DNA from: Piromyces finnis finn
Taxonomy: Eukaryota > Fungi > Neocallimastigomycota
DNA length: 64,000 nucleotides
Reading direction: 5' to 3'
Assembly (NCBI GenBank): GCA_002104945.1
Contig: MCFH01000019.1
Coordinates: forward strand, 372,001-436,000
Every line of letters begins with the position of its first letter. Positions within the stretch are counted from its first letter, which is position 1. A model generated the notes under the pieces. The model ran no database searches. It was not told the DNA's origin and saw nothing but the letters and a program-made list of their open reading frames with translations. Positions 52,801-64,000 of the stretch are shown piece by piece. The translations under genes were made by a program, and so were the position numbers.

Positions 52801-55800
52801 TTCTAATTCTAATCCTTCACATGATATAACACTTTTAATAAGTGGTTGTAAAAGATCACGAAGGTATTGAAGTTCTTTAGCACCACTAAAAATATGTATT
52901 GATAAAAATTTTTATGAATAAATTATATTCAAAAAAAATTATGCTTTTCTATATATAATACAATATAGTAAATACTAACCGACTGTAATGTGTAATTAAT
53001 TTAATGAAAATAGGATTAACTCTCCAGAAATCATTAATATCATTAATATCTTCAACTTCATATTCAATAGTTTTCTACAATATATGTAAATTTATATGAA
53101 TATAATCATTAGTTTTATAGCTTATACGATAAAAAATATTTATCATTTAACTATATAAACCTTAATTAAATTTAAATATAAATATTCTTCTCTGTTATTT
53201 TGGGCATAACCATACAAAGACATAACGATGTCTTCTATAGTTTTAATTTGTGAAGAACCAATACTGTTTAATCTAATCATCAATTTAGAAAGATATTTTT
53301 GGTTGGTTTGAACCAAGTAAAATAGATTTTGGTAAAGTTTATATTTTCTACGACTTTCTTTATCTGAACTCTTGGTTGAAAAGATACTTTCAGAGCCTTC
53401 TATACTCTGAGCATTCTTCTTCTTCTTCTTTGATGAATGAACAACTTCTTGTAATGAAATTTTATTCTTAACTAAAAGTTCAATTTTAATATCAAGTGAA
53501 CTAACTTCTTTTTCTAATTCAAGATTATCCTTAATCTTTCTAATAACTAATTCTCTCAAGAATTCCATTTCTTTTATAATAATATAAATTAAAAATATAT
53601 ATATATTAGAATAAAAGTTTTATATTTTATTAATAGATAAACTCTTTAGTATTATTTACCTCCTTCATAATCAAAATCGCATGAATCTTCATCAACTATA
53701 TTAAGATAATTATGAATTGTTTTAGAGGATGGTTTCCCTTGCTCTGATAAACATTTATATTATGATTTATATTATTAATAACTTTTTTTTTATTTTTTTA
53801 AAAACAATATTTATATAAAATATATTATTATATTTACTTAATTCATCATAACATTTCATAGCCTTGCGTCTTCTGTAAACGGATTGAATTTTGATAATCT
53901 TATCATTGTTTTCATCATAATGCTTCTTTTTATCTAAATATTGTTCTCTTGCTATCTTTCCACGAACCATAGCTTGTATCTATAATTATTTTCACAGTAT
54001 ATAAAAAAAAGAAAATATTATAATTAATTAATAAACTAAAAACATAATAATTAAATATATATATTTAATTTAATATAATACAATACTTTAATAATTGATT
54101 GTTCATTATCTTTTAATAATTGTTTTCTTTCATTGTATTTCTTTCTTTGTAAGAAACCTCTTGTTGCAGCTTGAATCTTTACAATTTCATCCTTATGTTC
54201 TAATATATAACCATATTCTTCCTTATACTTTTTTCTTGCTATATAACCTCTTGCAATACTTTGAACTGCTACAATCTTGTCTTGATTTTCTTTATAATAT
54301 AATTCTCTCTCTTTTATATATTTAATAATGTGTTTATTTATAATTTTTAATATAATAATTATTAAATAAAGATATAAATTATATATTTAAATACTAATCA
54401 ATTACTTTCTTCTTCAGTAAGTTCTGGTTCCTCGACACGATCTAAATGTATATTAATAACAATTAATTAATTCATTTTTTTAATTATTACTATTAAATTT
54501 TATCTATAGTATTAAATAGAATCATTTAATACTTACGCATTTCAACCATTTCTTTATGAACAGCAGCTTCAACATTTTTGAATTGAGGTAATTGAAGACC
54601 ATTTTCTTCGAAATTTTCTTGAACAGTATTTAATTGTTCCTCTGTTATAATACGTTTGTTAATATTATTACTATTACTGTTATTATTATTTTTTTGTTTT
54701 ATTTATTATTATTTTACCTGAAAATTCCAATTTTCCTACTAAATCCTTTACAGCTGGATGAAGAAAACCTGTAACTTCTAAGAAGTGACTATATTTATAT
54801 TTATATTATTGATATACTCATTAATTTATTGATTATATATAAATTAATATTTATCTATAATCAATAAAAAATACCTTAAAGCGTGTAAACAGTAAATGAC
54901 TTTAGGAATATTTTTCTTATCATAAAGATCAGTTAATTCAAAAACAAAATTCTGTTTTATATATATATATATTTAAAAATTCATTTTTCAAATAAAATTA
55001 GCATAGAATAAAAAAAGTATAATAAAATATTATCATAATTAAAAATTATATTTCTAGAAATTTACTTCTGGGAAATTAATATTTTTCATAACAGTGAATA
55101 AATAATTAATATTATCAGAGTGTCTGAATTGAAGTTTTTCAGCCTATAATAAATAAATATTATATAATTTATTTAACATTTATTTTAAATTTCAATAAAA
55201 AAAATTTTTTTTTCTTTCCTATATTTACATCGAAAATTTTTTTAACACTTCCAGGTTGAATAATTTTTGCTAATTTTGCTAAAACAATACCTCTTCTTAA
55301 TTGTTCTTCAAATTCTTTTGAATCAATTTTTTCTTCAATACAACGTTCAATCCATCTATTTGATTGAAATTATAGTATTTTATTATTATTTATTATTTTA
55401 AAAAAAGAAAAAAAAATCAAATATTCTTTTCTTTTATTTCTAATATAAAATATTCTATTTACTCTTTTGCTTCTTCAACGTGACATAAATATTCATAAGC
55501 TTGGAGATTCTTTCTTTCAATATCCATCCAATCTTTATTATATTCATGTTCACCTTCCTTAGCTATTTTACGAAGTCTTCTACGATCTTGGAATAATTTA
55601 TTACCATTTCCATCTTTTTAATATTTATATATTTCATTTATATTTATTTTTATTTTAATATTTTGAAAAAAAAACATTTTTATAATTATAAAAACATTAT
55701 CGTTATAATTTTAATAATTTACCTTTACTTGGTGAATTGATACTTCTTTCACTAGTGCTAGATAAATCTGAATTATTTGAGCCTTTTTCTCCAGAGGCTG

Positions 55801-55885
55801 ATATATCATTTTTTTCTTCGACTTGATTTAATAAATTATCTGAATCAACAGTTTCATTTAATTGAGTAGAATCGTCTATATCCAT
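49880..55885 (-). CDS. IQG1: IQGAP (CH domain, IQ motifs, RasGAP-related domain, RasGAP_C), multi-exon
   Basis: WMDIERKNLQAYEYLCHVEEAKEWIERCI (CH start), IQ motifs IIKIQSVYRRRK and IQAMVRGKIAR, REEYLYLNLIK, GNLIYYRYINPVI, GSYQYTADQLYKRGVLVSIEG, and C-terminus NVNLLLHLINKKFYA*. Confidence 0.95.
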
Positions 55886-56581
55886 ATTCTTTTTTATTCC
55901 ATTATTAGTAATATATAATTTATGCGCACACACACAAAAAAAAAGGGAATATTAATATAATTATTATATTTTATTTTGTTTGATATAATTATAACACAAC
56001 ATTAAAAAATGATTTAAAAAAAAAATTAACTTTCTTTATTTCTTTATTCTATTATGAATTATTATAATAATATAAAATTCGATATAAAAAATTTATATCT
56101 TAAATAACTATTTTTAATAACTACTATTTAATAATTGCTTTTATTGCTATAATAATTCTTAATAATAATAAATAATGTGATATGTAGATATGCAAACTTA
56201 CAAAATCTTTTTTAGTTTTTTTAATAGGTTGTTATGTTATATTAATACTCAATAAATGATTATAGCAAATAATAAAATAATATTTATATTGTTTTTTATT
56301 ATTATTATTATTATTATTTTATTATTTTTTAATATTATTTATTTGATTTTTTTTTTCGATTTATTTTTTATAATGTGTATGTTTAATATTCTCAATTTTT
56401 GAAAAATTTACAAAGTTGAAATACTAAAAAACAATTATACAAAAAAGTTTTTAAAAAAATCCGAACATTAATTATATATAATTAATAGTAATATATATGT
56501 ATAATAAGATATATAATAAGATTAGAAAGAATAAAAAAAGATATTCATTTTTTTAAAAAATAAAAAAATAAAATAAAATAA

Positions 56582-56840
56582 AAATATTATTAGAGTTTCA
56601 ATATTTGTCTCACTGAATATAAAAACTTATATTTTATAGTAATAAAATTAAAAATTAAATATATAACTTTTTGTTTTTATTTATATCTTTTTTTTCTATA
56701 TACTCTTTTTTAAAAAATAAAAAAAAAAGTTATATAAATATACTTTATTATCATCAATATATATTAGTCATTAGGGTTTTTAAATTTTATATTTATATTA
56801 TTTTAAAAATGAGACAGATTTAAAAACTCTAATAATATTT
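56582..56840. mobile_element. Candidate MITE/foldback element with about 31-bp imperfect terminal inverted repeats
   Basis: aaatattattagagtttcaatatttgtctca (56582-56612) matches the reverse complement of 56810-56840 at 27 of 31 positions. No ORF, and no clear TSD. Confidence 0.4.
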
Positions 56841-57863
56841 ATCTTTAAAAAAAAAATCAAAAGAATTTTTTGAACGTAAACTTAATTAAATAGAAAGAAA
56901 AAAAAAAGAAAAAAAAGAAAAAAGAACTCAAATTAAACAAAAATAATATAGAATTTGAAATTCTTTAATATTTATAAGCTATATTTTATATTTTAATAAA
57001 TAATAAAATTGCAATATCATACTATATCAAAAATTTTTAACATTTACTATACAATAAAAAAGATCAAAACTTTATTATTTAGTAGTAAGAGATGGTTTTT
57101 AAAAAATTATAATATAAATAATAACAAACAACAAAAAATGCGCCAGCTTTTTAAGTATGTAATTTTAAAGCCTAATTGTAAAAATATTATAATAACATTT
57201 GTTTATTATAACAAGTTTATTATATCAAATATAAAAATTAATTATAGAGAAGTAAAAAAATATATTATATATTATATAGTATTTATAAAATATAACTCTA
57301 TATAAATACTAAATATTAATTACATCAATATTTGTATTCATTATTTATTAATTTTTATACCCAATTATTCTATTAAAAATCCAATTTTTTACTTCTTCAT
57401 AAAATCCTTTAAAAAATACATTTTATATATTTTACTTAAAATTGAATAAAACCTTAGAGAAAGTTTACACATCATAAAAACTTTAATTTTAATACTACAA
57501 AGTAATTTTTCCTTAAAATATATTTATATTAAGTGAACTTTTTTTCTTTTTTAATTAAAAGAAGGAAATATATAATATTTTTTTATTATTTTTTTTTATC
57601 TTTAATAATACAAAAATAAAATGAATATTGTTGAATTGATTGTTAAATTATATAATTCATTAAATGAAATAATAAATGAAATATAATAATACTTATATGA
57701 ATATATATATATTATTATTATTATTAATTTTTGAATGCTATGATATATATGAGATAAATGAATACTAAATACTAAATAATAAGTAAAATATTTAATAAAT
57801 TAAATTATGCTGTTAAATATATATTAAAAAAATATGTTAATGAAAATTTTTTAAATTATACTC

Positions 57864-60202
57864 TTATTTTTCTTCGGTTTCATTATTTTCATTGTTATCA
57901 GTTTTATCACTTTTACCAAATGATAACCAACTCTTAATTTTACCAAATAAGCCTGTATTATTTCCTTTTTCATTCTTACTACTCTTTTTTGATGCTGAAC
58001 TCTTTCTAGAAGATATTGATAATAAGGATCCACGTTTTTCCTATTTTTAATATTTTTCAATATTTTTAGTTTATTATTATTATTATTGAGAAGTTTGATT
58101 ATTAAATTCATTTTATATATAATAAAATTATATAATATTAGTTAAACCCTTAATAATATTTTATATAATATTTAATTTATCATTAATAAATTACCTTCTT
58201 CTTCTTCTTCTTTAAACTTTCTTTTGAGCCATCTAAATCTTCATTAGAAGTTTGTAAGGATTCCTTTGATTCTGATTTCTTTCCAAGTCTATCTATAATT
58301 TCAATATGAGATTCTGATTTTTTAACTTCAGCTTCTTTAATTTCATCAACCTTATTTTTAGCTTCAGTTTCTTTTTCCTTAGCCTTTTCTTCTTTTTCTT
58401 CCTTTTTCTTTTCTACATCCTTTTTAATTTCATCAACCTTTTCTTTAACTTGCTCTTTAATTTCAGCTGCCTTTTCTATAACTTTTTCGGTTAAAGAAGG
58501 TCCGGCTTCTTCTTTTTCTTTTTCTTTTTCTTCTTCTTTCTCCTTAGCTTTTTCTTCTCTTTCTTCTTTTTTTTGTTCTATATCTTTCTTAATTTCATCA
58601 ACCTTTTCTTTAACTTGTTCTTTAATTTCAGCTGCCTTTTCTATAACTTTTTCGGTTAAAGAAGGTCCGGCTTCTTCTTTTTCTTTTTCTTTTTCTTCTT
58701 CTTTCTCCTTAGCTTTTTCTTCTCTTTCTTCTTTTTTTTGTTCTATATCTTTCTTAATTTCATCAACCTTTTCTTTAACTTGTTCTTTAATTTCAGCTGC
58801 CTTTTCTATAACTTTTTCGGTTAAAGAAGGTCCGGCTTCTTCTTTTTCTTTTTCTTTTTCTTCTTCTTTCTCCTTAGCTTTTTCTTCTCTTTCTTCTTTT
58901 TTTTGTTCTATATCTTTCTTAATTTCATCAACCTTTTCTTTAACTTGTTCTTTAATTTCAGCTGCCTTTTCTATAACTTTTTCGGTTAAAGAAGGTCCGG
59001 CTTCTTCTTTTTCTTTTTCTTTTTCTTTTTCTTTCTCCTTAGCTTTTTCTTCTCTTTCTTCTTTTTTTTGTTCTATATCTTTCTTAATTTCATCAACCTT
59101 TTCTTTAACTTGTTCTTTAATTTCAGCTGCTTTTTCCATAACTTTTTCGGTTAAGGTTGGTTCAGCAACTTCTTTAATTTCTTCTTTTACTTCTTCTTTT
59201 TCTTCTTCTTTGACTTCTTCTTTAACTTCCTCTTTTTCCTCTTCTTTGACTTCTTCTTTGACTTCTTCTTTTACTTCTTCTTTGACTTCTTCTTTAACTT
59301 CTTCTTTAACTTCTTCTTTGACCTCTTCTTTTACTTCCTCTTTAACTTCTTCTTTGACTTCTTCTTTAACTTCTTCTTTTATTTCCTCTTTTTCTTCCTC
59401 TTTGACTTCTTTAACTTCTTCTTTTACTTCTTCTTTTTCTTCTTCTTTGACTTCTTCTTTAACTTCTTCTTTAACTTCTTCTTTGACCTCTTCTTTGACT
59501 TCTTCTTTTACTTCCTCTTTAACTTCTTCTTTGACTTCTTCTTTAACTTCTTCTTTTATTTCCTCTTTTTCTTCCTCTTTGACTTCTTTAACTTCTTCTT
59601 TTACTTCTTCTTTTTCTTCTTCTTTTTCTTCTTCTTTGACTTCTTCTTTAACTTCCTCTTTTTCCTCTTCTTTGACTTCTTCTTTAACTTCTTCTTTTAC
59701 TTCCTTTTTGACTTCCTCTTTGACTTCTTCTATAGTTTCTTCTATACAAACAACATTATTAATATTTCCACCTTCATCCTTTTCATTTGGTTGATCAGAA
59801 TCAAATACCCATTGATCATCAACAATAAATTTATAATATATTTTTTGTTTAAGTGGAATATCGACTTCTTTACTAAAAGAGCCATCTTCATGTTTTGTTA
59901 AGACTTCATCTTTAGTCCACTGTTTCATGCCATAATAAAAATAAAATATTAATTATATATACCAATTATAAATATATTTAATATATATATATATATTTAC
60001 ATTATTAAATGTTCCAGTAACAATAACTACGTTTGGTGAACCTTTATTCCATGTAAATCTTTATAATATTGTTAAATATGGCATATTTATAAAAAAAAAT
60101 TTAGAATACAAAAATCATATCTTTTATTTCTTAATTTGATATATATACTATATACAATAATGTTGATAATTTATTATTATATACATACTTATGCAAAACC
60201 AT
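57864..60202 (-). CDS. Glycogen-binding CBM48/AMPK1_CBM domain protein with Glu/Lys repeat arrays (Crp1/Mdg1-like architecture)
   Basis: Spliced N-terminus MVLHKFTWNKGSPNVVIVTGTFNNW...YYKFIVDDQWVFDSDQPNEKDEGGNINNVV is a CBM48 signature. EEVK and 55-aa repeats follow. Probable last exon ends GLFGKIKSWLSFGK...EEK*, though the acceptor choice for that exon is uncertain. Confidence 0.85.
58380..59160 (-). repeat. Coding tandem repeat, 165-bp (55-aa) unit, about 4.8 near-identical copies
   Basis: The anchor gaaggtccgg recurs at 58496, 58661, 58826 and 58991 (period 165), with a variant fifth copy at 59156. Confidence 0.95.
59161..59730 (-). repeat. Coding 12-bp minisatellite (EEVK)n with a higher-order 177-bp duplication
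   Basis: Repeated ttcttctttgac/ttcttctttaac units. The irregular KEVKEEEKEEIK block recurs at 59404 and 59581 (177 bp apart). Confidence 0.93.
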
Positions 60203-60982
60203 GCTGTTATATTTTATTTTCTTTATTAAAGTATGAATTATTAGAAATATGTTTTTTTTTAATAGTTATAACTATAATAAAAAAATTTTTTATACATTTA
60301 TAATTAATGTTAGTATATACTTGTAGTTACTACTATTTTAAAGGAACAAAAAACTTATTTAAAATTTACAAAATAAAATTGTATAATAAAAATAATAATA
60401 TAAATAAAAAATAATATTATATTATTCTATTATATAACAATCAAATATAGTATAGTATTGTTTATATTCAAATTGTTTTCAAATAATTTTCCTTTTCTTA
60501 TTTTCTTATAAATAATAAAAAAATAAAAAAATATTGTTTTTAACAATTTTTTTCAAGCATATATAATTGATAATGAAAAAAAAAAACTTTGATATAGATT
60601 TTTAAATGGTGTATTACTTTTTAATTACAATAATCGGTTACTTTTTGGTTTTATTAATTAATAAAATGTTTTATTACAAAAATTAAATAACATGAACTGT
60701 TGAAAAATAAAAAAAAAATAAAAAAAATAACAAAATAAGATTTTTCCTACTAGCTTAACACAACAAATATAAGTATAGTTTAAACTTAAAATAAATCAAT
60801 ATTTAATGTATAAAATGTTATTTTTCAATTAAAAATTTTAAATCTTATTTTTTATAAAAAAAAAAAAAGTATTAAAATTATAATTAAAAAACATATTAAT
60901 ATTTTAAATTACTCTTATTAAAACAAGATATTAATAATAGCAATTTTAAATCAAAAATTATAAAGATAGAAAAGTTTATAAT

Positions 60983-61041
60983 AAAATGAAGCTGACTGAC
61001 ATTGTCACAGGTTCATTTTATCATAAATGAACTTGTGACAA
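60983..61041. repeat. Triplet of alternating-orientation 16-18-bp motifs forming a 17-bp hairpin
   Basis: ttgtcacaggttcattt (61002-61018), 6-nt loop, aaatgaacttgtgacaa (61025-61041), with one G-T pair. A third related copy starts at 60983. Confidence 0.7.
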
Positions 61042-61235
61042 ATTACTTTTTTTATTATTATTTTTTTACACTAAAAAAAAAAAAAAATCACAAAATTTAA
61101 ATAAATTGATGTTGTTTGCAACATGTAAATTAACACCAAGCTCTATTATTTTTGAAATTCGGAATAAAATATCGAAATACTACATTATATATAAATTTAT
61201 TTTATTTTTTAACTATATTTTATGTATTATTCTTA

Positions 61236-61285
<50 letters not shown>

Positions 61286-61891
61286 TTATTCCATTCCATT
61301 CTATTCTATTTTCTATACTTTTAACAATTAAAATAAAATCAGTATTAATAAATAATTATATTATGTTATTAAATCTTTATATTTTTAAATATAAGTAATA
61401 AATTTATATTAAACTTTAATCTCATTCAAACGTTGCATATAATATTAAAACTAATAAAAATTGAATAGTAAAAAAGTATTTTCAATTCTTTTTTTTTTCA
61501 TAATAACTATGATAATAATATATCAGTAGTATTAATGAAATTTTATAATTTTTTATTATAATAATAGAATAGATTTTAATAATGCATCAGAAAATTAATA
61601 TGTTTACAATAGTTGAAGTTATATTAATAAAAATATTATTTAAAAAGTATATGTTTTAACTTTAAATAAAAAAAATAATTAATGATATGAAAAATAATTA
61701 AATGGTATAATTGAAATAATTTGGTGATATAAATATCATATTAACATAATAATTTAATAAAAACAATAGTATTCTTTTTTTCTTAATGAAAAGTTCATGT
61801 ATATATATATATACATTTACAAAAAACCAAAGAAATAAAAATATTTTATTATAATCTAAATCTTTGTCTATGTATATACTTTATAAAATTT

Positions 61892-62244
61892 TTATAGTTT
61901 ATAATTAACTTCTTCGTAGTTATCATAATCATCGTCATCATCATCATAATATTCTTCAGAGCTTTCATTTTCATTTTCTTCTCCATGTATTTTTGGATGA
62001 TATGGACATACAATTCCACATGGTTTATATAATTTTAATATATAATGACATTCAGCAAGACCGCTGTAAACAGCATTTAAGAATACTGACTCTCCGTAAG
62101 AACAATGTAAATGGAATACTAATAAATTGAATTATAGAATAATTAATAATTTAGCAATTTTTTTTTAAAATTTAAAAATAATAATAAGCATTTAATATTC
62201 ATCAAAAAAATAAATATATGAATATTAAAAATACTATAATTATA

Positions 62245-62286
<42 letters not shown>

Positions 62287-63922
62287 GAATAAAAACTTAC
62301 AAATACGAGTTTGGTATCCTTTCCATAAAGCTTGAATTTTTGTTGCCGCTTTATTTCTTGTATCAATTTTAATTGCTCTAATTTTTCTAGCTTGATAATC
62401 TTTCCATGCCTTTTGTATTTTATATACACTACTTAATACTATTAATGCTTGTCTATAAAAATTTTTTTAAAAAAAAAAAAGAAAGAAAGAAAAATTATTA
62501 GTGTAACTTAAAAATTAATTTTTGAAAAGTAGTAATAAAATTCTGACCTTTTCTTTATCATTGTATTTCCTAATTCCTTTAATTCTGTTAATAAAGCAGG
62601 TTTAATAAGCTTACGAAGATGATAACCTTTTAAAAAAATATAATGAAAAAAGAAAAAAAGATCATTATAATATTATTTTATTTTAGTATCAATTAATTAT
62701 TTTTTTGGTTAATATTATAAAATATTATTTTAAATTGCTCATTTGTTTTTTAAAATATATATATATATATAAATGAAATATTACCTTTCCAATATTTTTG
62801 AATAACAATAGCTGATTCAATTTTCTAATATGGATAAATAGTACATTACATTAAAAGTAATTTATTAATACTTAATAGGTACTAGATAATTATTAAAAAT
62901 GATAATATTATTACCTTTTGTAGTTTTCTTTGTTCAAGAATAGCTTCATATTTAGCCTTCCACCATGTAGAAATAACTTCAACAGCGTTATTAATATCTA
63001 TAGAAAAAAAAAGTAAATATAATATAAAATATGTAGTATAAATAAAATAAAATTAACATAGAATTTAAAAAAAAAATAATAAATTAAAAATAATAGTTTT
63101 GATGATAATTTTTGTTTTTGTTTTTTTTTTTTTTTATTTTTTACCTTCAATTTTTCTGTTAAACATTTGAGCAATTTCACTATTATGGTATAATGTCCAG
63201 CATTTATATTTTGTTTGAATAATTTGAGCAGCTCTATTCAAATCAGCAATAGGTTTATTATATATACATTGGAAAAGTTTTGCCTTAATATACAGTGTTT
63301 TTCTCCAATTTCTTTGAATAATAAGAGCAGCATTATCTTTAATTTTGCTTTGTCTTTCCATTTTATTTCTATACATTCTTTGAATAACAATAGCAGCATT
63401 ATTGTATCTTCTTCTGATTTCATTACGCATTCTCTTACCAATATATCTTCTCCATGCTATAATAAATAATTATTTTTTTAAAAAAAGAAAAAAATAGTTA
63501 ATTAAATGTATAATATAATAATATATGTATTTAAAAAATTAAATAAATATATATTAAAACTTTACCTCTTTGAATTTTAATACATGCGAAAACACGACAA
63601 TAAGCATTTGGAGGAAATTGCGAAAAACTTTTTTGTTGACTATTAACTAATGAATCATTGAACGAATTCTTCTCATAATCCTATTTTTTTTTCAATCAAC
63701 AATATTAACAAAATATAATTTAATTCACATGATGTAAAAAAAATTATAACAGTAATACTAATATTTTATTAAATTTACCTCAAATAATTTTTTCTCTTCT
63801 TCTGGAAGATTTTTTTCACTATCAAGGAAATTAGGCCTTAAAATAAAAGTGTTGTCAAATTTCTTATCTTTTAAAAGTTAAAAAAAAATAGTATAATAGT
63901 ATTAAATAGATAGTCAATTAGG

Positions 63923-63969
<47 letters not shown>

Positions 63970-64000
63970 CATTTTATACATTTGATTAATATACATACTG
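61892..64000 (-). CDS. Multi-IQ-motif (calmodulin-binding) protein, 5' part outside window
   Basis: Seven in-frame exons from 63867 down to the stop at 61892 give about 8 IQ motifs (e.g. ACIKIQRAWRRY, AALIIQRNWRKT, SAIVIQKYWKGY, AATKIQALWKGY), then a Cys/His cluster and an acidic tail. Confidence 0.8.

Noticed and set aside
58380-59160. Regular repeats as a possible CRISPR array
   Set aside because: Contiguous 165-bp coding repeats without unique spacers, in a eukaryotic exon, with no cas genes.
59210-59794. 194-aa Ser/Thr-rich plus-strand ORF resembling a mucin or adhesin
   Set aside because: Antisense shadow of the (EEVK)n array of the CBM48 gene.

Overview
Very AT-rich, intron-dense eukaryotic genomic DNA from an early-diverging fungus. 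Anaerobic gut fungi (Neocallimastigomycota) are the best guess: intergenic DNA is almost pure A/T, kinesin and Rom2 are fungal-type, and genes lost in yeasts are retained. The taxon is inferred, not proven. By hand-splicing GT-AG introns I reconstruct about 16 protein-coding loci: PRO2, a Rom2-type Rho GEF, a VIP36/ERGIC-53-type lectin, a phospholipase/carboxylesterase, FKBP12, a DsbA/FrnE-like oxidoreductase, kinesin-1, TM9SF/Emp70, snurportin-1, MTHFS, a SUZ-domain protein, BORCS5, Integrator subunit 9, an Asn/Ser-rich orphan, IQGAP, a CBM48 protein with large repeat arrays, and a partial multi-IQ protein. Most short ORFs in the supplied track are single exons or intronic noise. No rRNA, tRNA, CRISPR or intact transposon was seen. 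The most notable observations are: (1) an in-frame splice that would fuse MTHFS to the SUZ gene, through an intron that also looks like the SUZ promoter; (2) a snurportin-1 lacking both cap-stacking tryptophans; (3) a 9.5-kb block of snurportin, MTHFS-SUZ, BORCS5 and INTS9; (4) a lectin whose KKYF sorting motif is masked by an 11-aa extension; (5) several inverted-repeat elements.
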